From the human T2T-CHM13v2.0 reference genome, Homo sapiens: 64,000 nucleotides of DNA. Positions 28,115-41,100 of the stretch are shown here, piece by piece. The notes under the pieces are model-generated. The model saw nothing but the letters and a program-made list of their open reading frames with translations, was not told where the DNA came from and searched no databases. A program made the translations under genes and the position numbers. Numbering within the stretch: position 1 is the first letter of the stretch; every line of letters begins with the position of its first letter. The stretch lies in assembly GCF_009914755.1 (NCBI RefSeq), contig NC_060947.1; one strand, given 5' to 3'.

Positions 28115-28414
28115 GACCAGACATGGTGGCTCATACCTATCATCACAGCACTTTAGGAAGCTGAAGTGGGTGAATTGCTTAAGCCCAGAAATTCAAGACC
28201 AGCCTTGGCAACATGACAAAACCCTGTCTTCACAAAAGGAAAACACAGAAAAATTTACTGCACATGGTGGAGCATGATTGTAGTCTCAGCTATTCAGGAT
28301 GCTGAGGTGGGAAGATCACCTGAGCCTGGGAGGTTAATGATGCAGTAAGCTGTGATTGCACCACTACACTCCAGCCTGGATGACAGAGTGAGACCTTGTT
28401 CAAAAAAAAAAAAA
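28115..28414 (+). mobile_element. AluJ
   Basis: Diverged dimeric Alu with J-type AAGCCCAGAAATTC and GGGAAGATCACCTGAGCC; approximate TSD TCTGAGA. Confidence 0.88.
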
Positions 28415-29443
28415 TCTCTGAGACAAAAGCCTAGTTAGGTCATTCCCACTATACCTGCCTTGGAGGAAATGCTAAAGGGAGTTCTTCAGGCTGAAAGAAA
28501 TAGAAACTACTGAGAAACTTTAAAGCATGAAAGTATAAGACTCATGGGTAAAAGTAAGTATATAATCAAATTCAGAATACTCTAATACTGCAATGGTCTG
28601 TGTAAATCACTTATATATTTAGTGTGAAGGTTAAAAATACACAATTATTAGAAAAATAATAGCTACAGTAATTTGTAAGAGATACACAATATAGATAGAA
28701 ATTGTGACATCAAAAAGAAAACGTGAAAGGAGAGTAAAAGTGTAGTTTTGTATGCTAGTCAAATTCAGTTCTCATTAGCTGAAAATGATCTGTCATAGTT
28801 ATAAATTATTTTATGTTTGCCTCATTGTAACTGCAAAGCAAAATCTATAAGAAGTACAAAAAAGAGAGAAATTAAGGTATTAAAGCGCTACTCCAGAAAA
28901 TTATCTAATCACAAAGGAAGACAAGAGTACAGAAACAAAATAGCGAAAGATTTATAAAACAACCAGAAAATATTTAATAAAATGGTAGTAGTAAGTCCTT
29001 ATTATCAATAATTAACTTGAGTTTAAATGGATTAAGTTCTTCAGTCAAAAGATACATGGTGGCTGAATGGATTAAAGAAGAAAATAAGAATGCTGCCTAC
29101 AACAAACTTGCTTCATCTTTAAGGATACACATGTACTGAAAGTGAAGGAATGGAAAACGATTCCATGCAAATCGAAACAAAAAGAGATCAAAGATAGCTA
29201 TACCCACATCAAATAAAATAGACTTTAAGTAAAAAAGATTAAAAAGATACAAAGTACATCATTATATAATGACATAATTCATATAATTCATCAAGAAAAT
29301 GTAACAATTGTAAATATGTATGCCCACAACATCAGAGAACCAAAATATATAAAGCTGACAGTAGATCTAAAGGATGAAACAGGCTGCAATAAAATAATAG
29401 TAGGGGACTTCAATACCCCACTTTTAAGAGATGGACAGATAGT

Positions 29444-29785
<342 letters not shown>

Positions 29786-29944
29786 AATGGATGGAAAAAC
29801 CAAACAGAGAAATCAATATGTAGTCAGCACGCTTGAACTACTCTTTAGACCAAATGAATCTAACAGATATATACAGAAAATTCTATCCAGTTGAAGAATA
29901 AAACACATTATTTTCAAATATACATAAAACATTCTCCAGGATAA

Positions 29945-30293
<349 letters not shown>

Positions 30294-30360
30294 AACGTGC
30301 TTCCGAACAACCGATCTATCAAGGTAGAAATTAAAAGAGAAACTTAAAAATATCTTGAAT

Positions 30361-30740
<380 letters not shown>

Positions 30741-30872
30741 TTATAGCAATAAATTTCTACATTAAAAGATAGCTTAAATAAACCAGCTAACATTACATGT
30801 GAAGGAACTAGAAACAGAAGAAAAAACTACTGTCAAAGTTAGTAGAAGGAAGGAAATAAAGAATACAGCAGA

Positions 30873-30978
30873 GTGCTCACTTCAGCAGCACATATACTAA
30901 AATAGAAACGATAAAGAGAACGTTAGCATGAGCCCTGTGCAAGCATGACATGCAAATTTTTGAAGTGTTCCATATTTT
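30873..30978 (+). pseudogene. RNU6: Full-length U6 snRNA retropseudogene
   Basis: GTGCTCACTTCAGCAGCACATATACTAAAAT...TTCCATATTTT is a diverged U6 with a short A-tail. TSD AAAGAATACAGCAGA (30858-30872) and AAAGAACAGAGCAGA (30982-30996). No upstream PSE/TATA seen, and the ACAGAG box is mutated. Confidence 0.93.
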
Positions 30979-32699
30979 AAAAAAGAACAGAGCAGAAATA
31001 AATTAGAGGCTGGAGAAAATATAAAAGATGAACAAAATTAAGAGTTTGTTTTTTGAAAAGACAAACAAAATCAACAAACATTTAGCTAGACTAAGAAAAA
31101 ATGAGAGAAGATTCAAATAAATCAGAAAAGAAAGAGGAGACATTACAGTGGATCCCACAGCAATACAAAGAATCATAAGAGAATATTGTGAATAATTTTA
31201 CATCAACAAATTGAATAATCTAGAAGAAATGTGTAAATTCCTAGAAACATACAGCCTACCAAGACTGAATCATGAAGAAAAAGAAAACCCAAATAGAGCA
31301 ATAATGAGTAAGGGGATTGAATTGATTGTAGTTTCCAATTAATATAACTCCCTTATATTAGGGTTTGGAGGTAAGGGTATACATAAGCTTGGAGGTGAAT
31401 ATAAAGCTGATGGAATGATGGAATAATTACATATGCATATAATCCCTGAGAATGGCTCTTTCCCAATTGAAGGGTTCTGCCATCCCACACTATCATCAAA
31501 ATTTGAAACTCTCATCTTATATGGCAGAAATGTCATAAGTTTTGAAGAAAATAAGATGGGAGTGATTTGTTTTCTAGTGCTTTACTCTCTAGTGGTCTCC
31601 TTTTCTTAAGCTAAGGACTAAAAAGAAGTTTGAACAAGAAGTCCCATTTCCTCTAGTAATAACTGTGAGAGGAATCTTTATTGAGCTTAGCTTCACAGAT
31701 TCCTGCCCACCATGATTTGTTGCATGGAGTGCAATACACTTTCTCATGTTTCAGAAAAGGCCTGCTGTTTATCTAAAAAGTAAAACATGAGGTGTTGGCT
31801 AACAGGTTAGCAGGGTTCTTGTGTTTGGGATTGGGTGAAGCCCTAGTAGAGGATGCTAAATAGAATGTCTTTGTGAGTGTCTAATAAGAACATGATTACA
31901 CCTCACAGGATGCTAATATATGCAGGTTTGGGCTCCTAATAATCTGTCACAATAACCAAAGCAATAGGAATACAAATATAATAGCAAATACCAACCAGTG
32001 TTGTAGCAGGACACTGATCAAAATCTGACTCTTTGACTCTATATAAGTGAATTCAGAGCTTCGTTGGAGCTCAGGGAAGAAGGAAGAAAATCCTGAGTTG
32101 TTTTAAACGAGAAATGACTGAGAAAACACTAAAATTGATTTATTGAACTGAAGTTGATTTTATTAAGTTTTTAGCCCATGGCTGATATGGGTACTTTAAG
32201 TTGAGTTATGTAAAAATACAAATGCTTTCTACTGAGGAATTTAAGGTTTAATCTTTCAGAAATTTATTGTTTAAGAAAATGTTCTAATTAACAGTATTGC
32301 TTTTGCTGCTTATCCTGGGTGCTGTCATACATATTTTTCCCTTTGTGCTAACTTAGCACAGTTATCATCCGCTCATGTTTTAGATAGACACTTTATATAG
32401 ATTCTGGTTAAGGTCCCCAGATTAACTCCTACGAGCACCCAGTTGTACAAAGAAAATATAACTTTTTCATTTTCGGCAAAGTGGCCACATTTTATTTTAG
32501 AGTCCCAGTTTTCCTCTGGGGAAGATAAAGTGGGGAGAGTAACTGTGAATAATGGCTTCTCAGCCTTTTCTCAGAAGTGTTCCTTATTGTTTCACTGGTC
32601 AATTCAAAGTTAAACTCCCTAGTTATATCTGTTTTCCCCTTACTCTCTTCCAGAATCTTGTCTCAATATATGAGAAGGCTTATTATTATTTAAGGTTCT

Positions 32700-35112
32700 C
32701 AACATTTTTATGCATTTATTTAAATTGACAGATTAATTTGTATGTATTTATTATGTGCAGCATGACATTTAAGTATATACATATACTGTAAAATGGTTAA
32801 ATCCAGGCAATCGACAAATGCATCACCTCACATAGTCAAAATTTTTGTGGTGAGATCCCTTAACATTCAATTCTTGTGTGTTTTTTAAAAATACAATATA
32901 TCATCACCACTATAGTGACCACGTTGCACAGTAGATCTCTTGAACTTATTTCTTTTATGTAACTATAGCTACGCATTCTTTGGCCACCATCTCTCAAATT
33001 CCCACTCCCTGCTAAATACCCCTGCCTTTGGTAACCACCATTCTACTCTCAACTTTTTAAGATTCCACATATGAATAAGATCATGTAGTATTTTTCTTTC
33101 TGTATTTGGCTTATTTGATTTAAGATAATGCCCTCCAGTTCATCCACATTGTCGCAAAGAACAGGATTGCCATCGTCTTTATGGATGCATAGTATTCTAT
33201 TGTGTAGTTTTTAAATTTGTGTTTCAGATTGTTCACTGTTGGACTATAGAAATGCTACTGATTTTTGTAAATTAGTTTTGTATCCTCTAACTTAACTGAA
33301 ATTATCAGTCCTAATAGTTTTTTGTTGAGTCTTTAGGTTTTTTCAAATATAAGATTATATCTTTTGCAAATAAGGAAAATATGACTCCTTTCCTTTCAAT
33401 TTGGATACCTTTCATTTCATTCTCTTGTCTGATTTTGCAGCTTGAACTTTCAATACTATTTTGAATAACAGTGGTGCAAGTGGGCATCCTTGTGTTCCAG
33501 ATCTTAGAGGAAAGGCTTTCAGTTTTTCCCCATTCAGGATAACACTAACTGTGGGTCTGTCATATATGCCTTTTATTACGTTGAAGTATATTCCTTCTAT
33601 ACCAAGTTTTTTTAGGGTTTTTATTATAAAAGGGCATTTGATTTTATCAAATGGTTTTTCAGCATCAATTAAAATGATCATATGGTTTTATCCTTCATTT
33701 GATACGATGTATTACATTGATTTGCATATGTTGAACCGTTCTGACATCCTGAGAATAAATCCCTCTTCCCAGTGATAATCTAACTAACGTATTTTGAATT
33801 CCACTTGCTCATATTTTGTTGAAGATTTTTGCATCAATATTCATCAGTGATATTGGCCTGTAATTTCCTTTATTCCATGTGTCTTTGGTTTTTGTATCAG
33901 GATAACATTGGCTTATAGAATGAGTTTGGAAGTATTCTCTCCTCTATTTCTTGGAATGGTTTGAGTACAATTGGTATTAGTTTTTTAAATGTTTGGTAGA
34001 ATTCAGCAGTTAAGTCATTTGGTCCTGGGCTTCTCTTTACTCAAAAACTTATTATTATGGCTTCGATCTTGTTACTTGTTGTTGGTCTTTTCAGGTTTTG
34101 GATTTCTTTCTTGTTCAATCTAGGTATGTTGTATGTGTCTAGAAATTTGTCAATTTCTTCTAGGTTTTCAAATTTATTGGCTTATAGTAGCCACTAATGA
34201 TTGGTTCATAGTAGCCACTAGTGATTTTTGAATTTCTGCAGTATCTGCTGTAATGTCTCCTTTTTCATGTCTGATTTTATTTACTTGGATCTTCTTTCTT
34301 TTTTTCTTTGTTAATCTGGCTAAAGATTTTTCAATTTTGTTTAGCTTTTTAAAAAAACAAACTTTTTGTTTCATTGATGTTTTGTATTTTTTCATTTAAT
34401 TTTATTTATTTCTGCTCTGATATTTATTATTTCTTTTCTTCTACTAACTTCATATTTTGTTTGCTCTTGCTTTTCTAGTTCTTTAAGATGTATCACTAAA
34501 TTGCTACTTTGAAGTTTTTCTTTTTTTGATGTTGCCACTTATAGCTATAAATTTTCATCTTAATACAACTTTTGCTGTATCCCATAGATTTTGGTATGTT
34601 TTATTTCCATTATCATTTCCTTTAATAATTTTTTCATTTTTTTTTCTAAATTCCCTCATTGATGCCCTGGTAATTCAGGAGCATATTGTTTAATTTTTAT
34701 GTATTTTCATAGTTTTCAAAGTTGCTCTTCTTATTAATTTCTAGTTTTATTCCGTTGTGGTCAGAGAATATGCTTAATATTATTTCACTTTTTTAAAATG
34801 TTTTAAGACTTGTTTTATAACCTAACATATGGTCTATCCTTGAGAATGATTAATGTGTTGAGGCAAAGAATGTGTATTTTGTAGCCATTGCATGAAATAT
34901 CTGTAAATCATTAGATCCATTTGTTCTATAGTTCAAATGAAGTCTGATATTTCTTTGTACATTTTTTTGTCTGAAAGATCTGTCCAGTGCTGAAAGTGAG
35001 GCATTGAAGTCTCTAACTATTATTGTATTATTGTATTGGACTCTATATTTCTCTTTAGCTCTAATTATATCTTGCTCGATTTTCACATATCTGGGTGCTT
35101 CAGTGTTGGGTG
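32700..35112 (-). mobile_element. L1MA-type 3' UTR joined to internally deleted ORF2; interrupted by ERV
   Basis: L1MA 3' UTR at 32700-33205; RT fragment ORF 33412..33681; EN fragment ORF 34850..35086. Confidence 0.8.
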
Positions 35113-35846
35113 TGTTACCAGCGATGGGTCTGCAACTGGTGGCATTTCCACAGCAATTCCAGCCCTTGTCTTCTTAGAAAAAAGAGTTCAACTGAGAGAT
35201 GGAGGCAAATTTTAAAGCAGAGGCAGAGTTTTGTTAAAAGAAGCAAAGTACATTTGGAAGATGGCCAAGAGAGGAACTTGAGAGATCAAGTGCCATGCTC
35301 AGTCTGTGGCTTGGGATTTTTATATCCTGTATTGGTTCCAGGTTTTCTTTTCTATTCCCTTGATTTATCCCTCCCTTGGGCTGGGATATTTCTTTGATTC
35401 ATGAACAGTGACCTGTCATCACTTTCGAGGGGCCACATGTGCAGTGTGTTTACTGAGGTTGTGCCCATGCTCACTTGGGGCATTTCTTTTACTGATCGAG
35501 TGCCCCCAGAGGAAGGCCATATACCAGTCAAACTTGGTCATTTTGCCCCCTACTGTGCATATTTAAGACCTTATCAAGGAATTGTGGTTTGCTGGCTCCA
35601 GATATCTCCTATCCTTTGGGAACTTCTCTACCGCTTAGTGCCAGTCGTGGCCACTTATCATTTCAGAGAAACAGTTTTATGATTGCCTAACCATCATCTA
35701 ATGAGTGCCTACATTTCTAGGGCCCTCACTTATTATCCTAGAGGAAGAAGTTGTATAATCACCCGGTTATCAGCCAGTGAGTGCCTGCCATTTTGGCAGG
35801 GCCCTCTCCCACTCTGCTCATATCTGTATAACTACCTACTCTAACA
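35113..35846 (-). mobile_element. MER50-family LTR (3' LTR of a HERV-FRD-like provirus)
   Basis: TG...CA termini; minus start TGTTAGAGTAGGTAGTTA matches recalled MER50. It is preceded by a degenerate polypurine tract and env. Confidence 0.85.
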
Positions 35847-36084
35847 TTCTGCCTTCAAAAGTCTGAGACCCAATTCTTTGGGATAATGGGTGAAGGTCAG
35901 TCTTCTGTAACTGCTTCTTGCTGACAGAGGGGCAGTGTTTGGCCCATGGGTCTCAGACTCTTGCTAGTTGTCAGGGAAGGGTGGCTCCATAGGCCAGCAA
36001 CAGTGGTGCCCAACCAGGTTCAATGAACACAGGTAGGGTTTTGCCTCTGTCATATTCCGCTGATGGGCAATCCAGTGGTCCCCT

Positions 36085-37701
36085 ATAGAAGGCTGACTCG
36101 TGAGTATTGAGAGGACAGTATCCTTTACTTATCCTTCACTGATGATCTTCTGGAGCTTGACAGCTTGAATGCAAGAGGAGAAAAATTGGGTTATTAGATT
36201 GAGAAGATATGGACCAAAAAGGAGCAAAAGTAATAGAATGAAAAGATGGCCTAAAAAGGGAAAAGTCCAGAAAAACCATTTCAGGTTCCTTCTTAATTTC
36301 TCATAAATTGTTCTCATAAATGGGAGGCTTGATTTTTGAGTTGTCTGATGCTGTCTTGCATTTTTCCTAATTGATTTACCCAGAAACAACATTTTTCATC
36401 TAAGGTTAAACAAATTCTTCCCTGTGCTACCATTAACATATATGGCTCTTGGCATTTCTAGAGGACCATGGCTGTGAAAGAGTCAATTTTTTCTTGCATG
36501 GCTGCTAAGGTTTTAGCCATGGCATCAATACTGTTGGCTATTTCTGTTGAGAGTTGGCTATAGGTTTAGGAGGCATGTGTGACTCCAGCAATTTCTGCTC
36601 CTGTACTGGCTCTGATGTCGAGTCCCACAAGAAGTGGAATTAATTGGATAGCCCTCCTCAACCTGGGCAAGATGGAATGCCCATGGATTGGTATTGGAAG
36701 GGAGTGATTTCCAGGAGCTATGAAGATGTCCAGGGATACATAGCATATAGTATAAGTTCCAGTTCATTCAGTGGGGAGGCATTGGTGAACTGAATGACCA
36801 ACAATATGAAAGACTTCTCAGGTTTTAAGACAAATAGAGATGTCAAAACCAAATAAGGGGGTAAAAGTAGGTATAGAAAATCCTGAGGTTGCTGACTTGC
36901 TCAGATTGATGGTGGATATGGTCATGACCGCCAAGATTTGGGTGCATGAGGTGTGGCTCTGATTAGCTCCCTTGTTTCTATTCTCCCAAAAAAGAGAATT
37001 TTGAGTTTGTTCCAATAGAACCCTTTCTTCTGTAGCACTGAGGTTGGCAATTTGCATACATGGGTGTAATCAGTAGGATGGAACCAGAAATTTTGAGTAC
37101 TGCATGTGTTTGGGCATTCTCGACAAAACTGAGTGGATTTATCTTGCAGTGTCCCTTGAGGAAAGGTAATACTTGGAGGTTTGGGAAATACTGGTTGATG
37201 TTGGACCTGGCTGTGGGGGTATGTTTGGTAGATCTGTTGGCTAGAGTCTATGGTGATAGTGACATTATAGACTGTACTGGGAAGAGCACTTACATCCATT
37301 CCATTTTCCTTTTTGATTATGACACAAATAGGGGCTGTCCCCACTAAGGTGATATTAGTAAAGAGGGGCTCAAAAATGGGAGACTTCTCACAGGTATCAG
37401 GGAAATCTTGCTTTACTTTTGTAAGAAGCCTATTTGAAGACCTGATTATTCCTTTTAGATTACGATGCCATTGATACAAAATGTGTAGTTCTGCCTCTAT
37501 TCTCATCCAATCTCTGGGCGACACAGGATAAGTTATCTCTGGTGTTTTAGAAGAAGAGCTAGTGCATAACCAGCAGTTGTTGGAGTAAGGAAATTCTGTG
37601 CTTTGAAGCAACTGTAGTGCTTTTTCCAATTAAGAAAAATCAAGATGGTACTGTGCTGCTAGTAAAGAGGTGAAAATGAGAATTAGCAGGAGTGGGCCCA
37701 T
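36085..37701 (-). pseudogene. env: Defective HERV-FRD envelope, paralog of syncytin-2 (ERVFRD-1)
   Basis: ATG at 37701 gives MGPLLLILIFTSLLAAQYHLDFS*LEKALQLLQSTEFPYSNNCWLCTSSS. SU is open over 36922..37629. Furin site RLRR/AI at ~36650-36664, CX6CC (CLTLDEKCC) at ~36390-36415, and TM LLLLLLFGPYLLNLITQF. Colinear with recalled syncytin-2, but has a stop at codon 24 and frameshifts. Confidence 0.9.
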
Positions 37702-37775
37702 TGTGCCATAATGAGATTGTGAAAAAGAGAAATTAGTAACAAATCAAGTTGTAAAGGGAATTGCCCGAAAGTAAG

Positions 37776-37934
37776 TTAAGGTGAAGAAAAATTAGCAACA
37801 AAGTAGTTTCTCTTGGGACTTTGGGGGGGCATACAGGTTAGGGTTAAAATAAGGTGAATAAGTGATGCTATTGCAAACAGTATTCCTAATATTGGAATTA
37901 TATTACTTTGAGGTGAAAGGATCTGCGGAGGCAT
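37776..37934 (-). other. 52-aa hydrophobic micro-ORF between pol and env (function unproven)
   Basis: ATG 37934 to TAA 37776: MPPQILSPQSNIIPILGILFAIASLIHLILTLTCMPPQSPKRNYFVANFSSP. Confidence 0.3.
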
Positions 37935-38936
37935 TGGTTATCTTTCCATCTAAAGAGGAATTTCAGATCCTTCAATTGTTCACAATGTATTCTGGAGTTG
38001 AAGTCGTTGGATTCAGTTCCAGTGTTTAAGGGCCTTTCCAATACTTCACTCAGGTGTAGTGTATCCAGCTGCTAATCTCTGTTACTTTAATGGCTGTGAG
38101 GGTAGAAATAGAAAATGCAACAGTAAAGGGTCTCTCTTTGACTGGAGTTAGTTGGGAATTTGGGGTTCTATTCTTCCAAGCTTTGAGGAGAACCAGTGAG
38201 TTTGGAGGATATAGAGGTGGAGATTTTTTCTCTTCTAATTTTGTGTTTGTTTTTAACCCATATTCCTGGAGGGCTTGATGGAGGTCTGCTAGAAAAGAGA
38301 CATACTGGTTGATTTTAGCAGTTTCTTCATCTAGCAGTAAGTCAGAATACAGGAATGGCTTAACATATAAGGCCTTGAAGGGGCTTAATTGCAAAGGGGT
38401 CTGAGAGGCAACACAAATCTGAAGGAGAACTAAAGGTAAGAGGTCCACCCATGTCTGTACTGTTTCCTGACAGAGTTTATTGAGGATGTGTTTGAGGGTT
38501 TAGCTAGTTCTTTTCAGGTTCCCTGAAGATGGTGGTCTCCAGGCAAAGTGAAGGTACCCTTTTATGCCTAGGCAGAACTGACCTGCTGATTCGTTTGGGA
38601 AATTAAGGATGGACCATCGTCTATTTGCGGTGACCTAGGAAGCCTGAATTGGGGAATGAGTTCCCTTAGGAGGAATTAGCTGCCTCTTGTGTCTTTTCAG
38701 TCCTTGTGGGATAGGCCTGTACCCATCCTGTGAAGGTGTCTACACAGACCAAGAAGTACTTATGCCCGCAGCATGTGGTGAGCTGAGTATAGTGCAACTG
38801 CCAGTCCTCCCCAGGGTATGTACCTGTCCTTTGGGTTGGACTTGGGGGCTTCCCTCTTTGGGGATTACTTATGATGCACAAGTTGAAAGGTTGACAAACA
38901 TGTTGAATAGTTTTGTTTATTCTCTTCCTATCTACT

Positions 38937-39191
38937 TGATATAGTTTGGATCTGTGTCTTAACCAAATATCATGTCAAATTGTTGCAGATGAGGCCTGGT
39001 GGGAGGTTGTTGAATTATGGGGGTGGATCCTTCATGAATTGTTTAGCATCATCCTCTTGGTGGTGTTCTTGTGAAAGGTAGCTAGCCTTTTTGTACAGCC
39101 TGTAGAAGTATGAGACAATTAAACCTCTTTTCTTTATAAATTACCCAGTCTCAGGCATTTCTTCACAGCAATGCAAGAATGGAATAATACA
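38937..39191 (+). mobile_element. MST-type MaLR solo LTR (internally deleted) inserted in ERV pol
   Basis: TGATATAGTTTGG...AAACCTCTTTTCTTTATAAATTACCCAGTCTCAGG...TAATACA; perfect 5-bp TSD CTACT at 38932-38936 and 39192-39196. Confidence 0.88.
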
Positions 39192-40504
39192 CTACTAAAC
39201 ATTAATTTACATATTTGCCGTAGATTGTCCTTTTCAACGTGGCAGGAGTTGTGTGAACTCGTGATGACCTTCTACCCTTGGGAGGCCCTTGGTAGATGGA
39301 GAAGTTCCCCAAGTTTGTACCATTTATTGGTTTCTTTTTGATACCTACGTTGGGTGGTTCAATTTATTTCTTCCTGAGTGTATTGGAGAGGGGATAATTC
39401 AGTGGGGAGCAATGGGAGTAAGGCCCCAGGTAAGTATCCTTTGAGACAGCTGCCTCTTTAGTTTGGGGTTGGTCATCCTATTTTCTTGTGCAGTTTCATT
39501 GGAGCCCCTCTGGTGTCTCTCACAGGGTACTACTGCCACCTCCTGGGTCAAGTGAACAGCATCTAGTAGATCTAAGATTTGGGATCTGTACTGCCCTTGT
39601 CAACGTGATGAGTTCCACTAGTTGTGCTGAGGTCCCCACGGGACAGAGCTTTTATCTCTATGACTTGGGAAAGGGACACTATAAAGTACCCTGCATGTCT
39701 AGCTCTATTCCAGATAAAACTACTCCCATCTGAAAATCATATTTTGTTTGGATTGTCCAGAAGCTGATCCTCTAAGTCCTCCAAGCTGGCATAAATTTGG
39801 TTAAGTATTTCACAGCATAAATGTGCCAGGTTATTGTTTCCTGGTAGTGGAAGTAAGGTTGGCTGAGTTGAGGATGGAGTACCGCTAAACTGTTACCTGT
39901 GGGTTTTCTAGTAACAGGCCCTGGTACTTCAACAGTTTGTTGTCAGTGAACCATTGTGGCCCTTTTATGTTCAATAAGGGGCCTGTATGGTGTGATGGCA
40001 GGATCTGGATTAACTGTCCCATGGTGATTTTGAGGGCCTCTAGTATAGGAGCCCTGCTGCACTCACTATCTTGAGGCAGTGTGGTCACCCTCATGTAACT
40101 GGGTCTAGGTTCGTTGAAAAGGTACCTACTGGAGATTTGATTAGCCCTGTGGTTTGAATTAGGACTCCTAAGGCTACAACTTGTCTTTCAGTAACAAAAA
40201 GCTGAAATGGTTTGGTTAGTATGGGTGGTCCAAGGGCTAGAACTTGTGAGAGGGCAGTTTTTAGCTGCCTAAAAGCTTGCTCCTGATATTTTCCCCAGAA
40301 AAGCGAGTTTCTATTAGTCATTTTTTTTAAGTCTGATTAAGGACTTAACAATTCTATCATACCCCGGTATCCAAAGTCTGCAATATCCTGTGATTCCCAG
40401 AAAGGCCTGAAGTAGCTTTTGGGTGGTTGGGGTAGGTATTTTAAGGATGACCTATATTCATTCTGGGGAGAATTTAGGATCTCCACAGGTCAGGATTATC
40501 CCCA

Positions 40505-40634
40505 GGCATTGGACCTCTTGTCTTAGTAGTTGTGACTTGGATAGTTGGACACTTCATACCCTCTGGGTATTTAACCTCTTGTCTTAGTAGTTGTGACTTG
40601 GACACTTGGACACTTGGACACTTCATACCCTCTG
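40505..40634. repeat. Tandem duplication (61/69 bp) with CTTGGACA 8-mer expansion in ERV RT
   Basis: ACCTCTTGTCTTAGTAGTTGTGACTTGG...CTTCATACCCTCTG occurs twice. Confidence 0.9.
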
Positions 40635-40757
40635 CCTGCAAGGAAATTTAGTGTTTGAACTAGATGCTGGATTCCCAGCTCATTCATAGATTAATAGGTT
40701 AATAGGCTATTTACATAATCTATTATGCAGATTAACAGGTTATTTATGTAACATAGG

Positions 40758-41100
40758 AGAAAGGCAGTCTAGGCCACAAGGCCTGCAACTCTTAGATGAG
40801 TACTAGTACTGGACTAGGCCCAGAGAGAGTAGACTAGTGGGGCATGCAACCTACTGAGACACCAGCTGGGGCAACTAACAGAGTGCTGGCATCACCCATC
40901 CCCTGAAACTAGGCTGCAAAGCATGGGTCCAAAAGAGACCCCATTCTTCCAGTTGTAGGGAGGAGAGAAAAGAGTGGTGAGAAGTTTGTCTTGCATCTTA
41001 AATGCCAGCTAAGCCAAAGCAGCATAGGGCACTTCTCAGAGTTGTGGGGCACTGTTCCAGGCCCTAGCTTCCAGATGACATTTTAGACATGCCCGAGCCA
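40758..41100 (+). mobile_element. L1M/L1MA 5' UTR fragment
   Basis: GGCAGTCTAGGCCACAAGG...TACTGAGACACCAGC...CAAAAGAGACCCC motifs recalled from L1M1/2 5' UTRs. Confidence 0.6.

Larger units (their letters stand above)
37935..40685 (-). pseudogene. pol: HERV-FRD-like pol remnant (RT C-terminal part, RNase H, integrase)
   Basis: ORFs 40091..40321 (LTKPFQLFVTE), 39885..40094 (WFTDNKLLKYQ), 38666..38881 (PGEDWQ...VDTFTGWV) and 38050..38448 (LSPFKALY...SWIHYT). Truncated downstream of YxDD; gag, pro and the 5' LTR are absent. Confidence 0.88.

Noticed and set aside
34176-34223. 24-bp imperfect tandem duplication in old L1
   Set aside because: This is an ordinary slippage or local duplication with no further structure.
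36922-37629. 235-aa env ORF as a functional syncytin
   Set aside because: It starts at TTG after a stop that cuts off the signal peptide, and it frameshifts before the furin site and TM.
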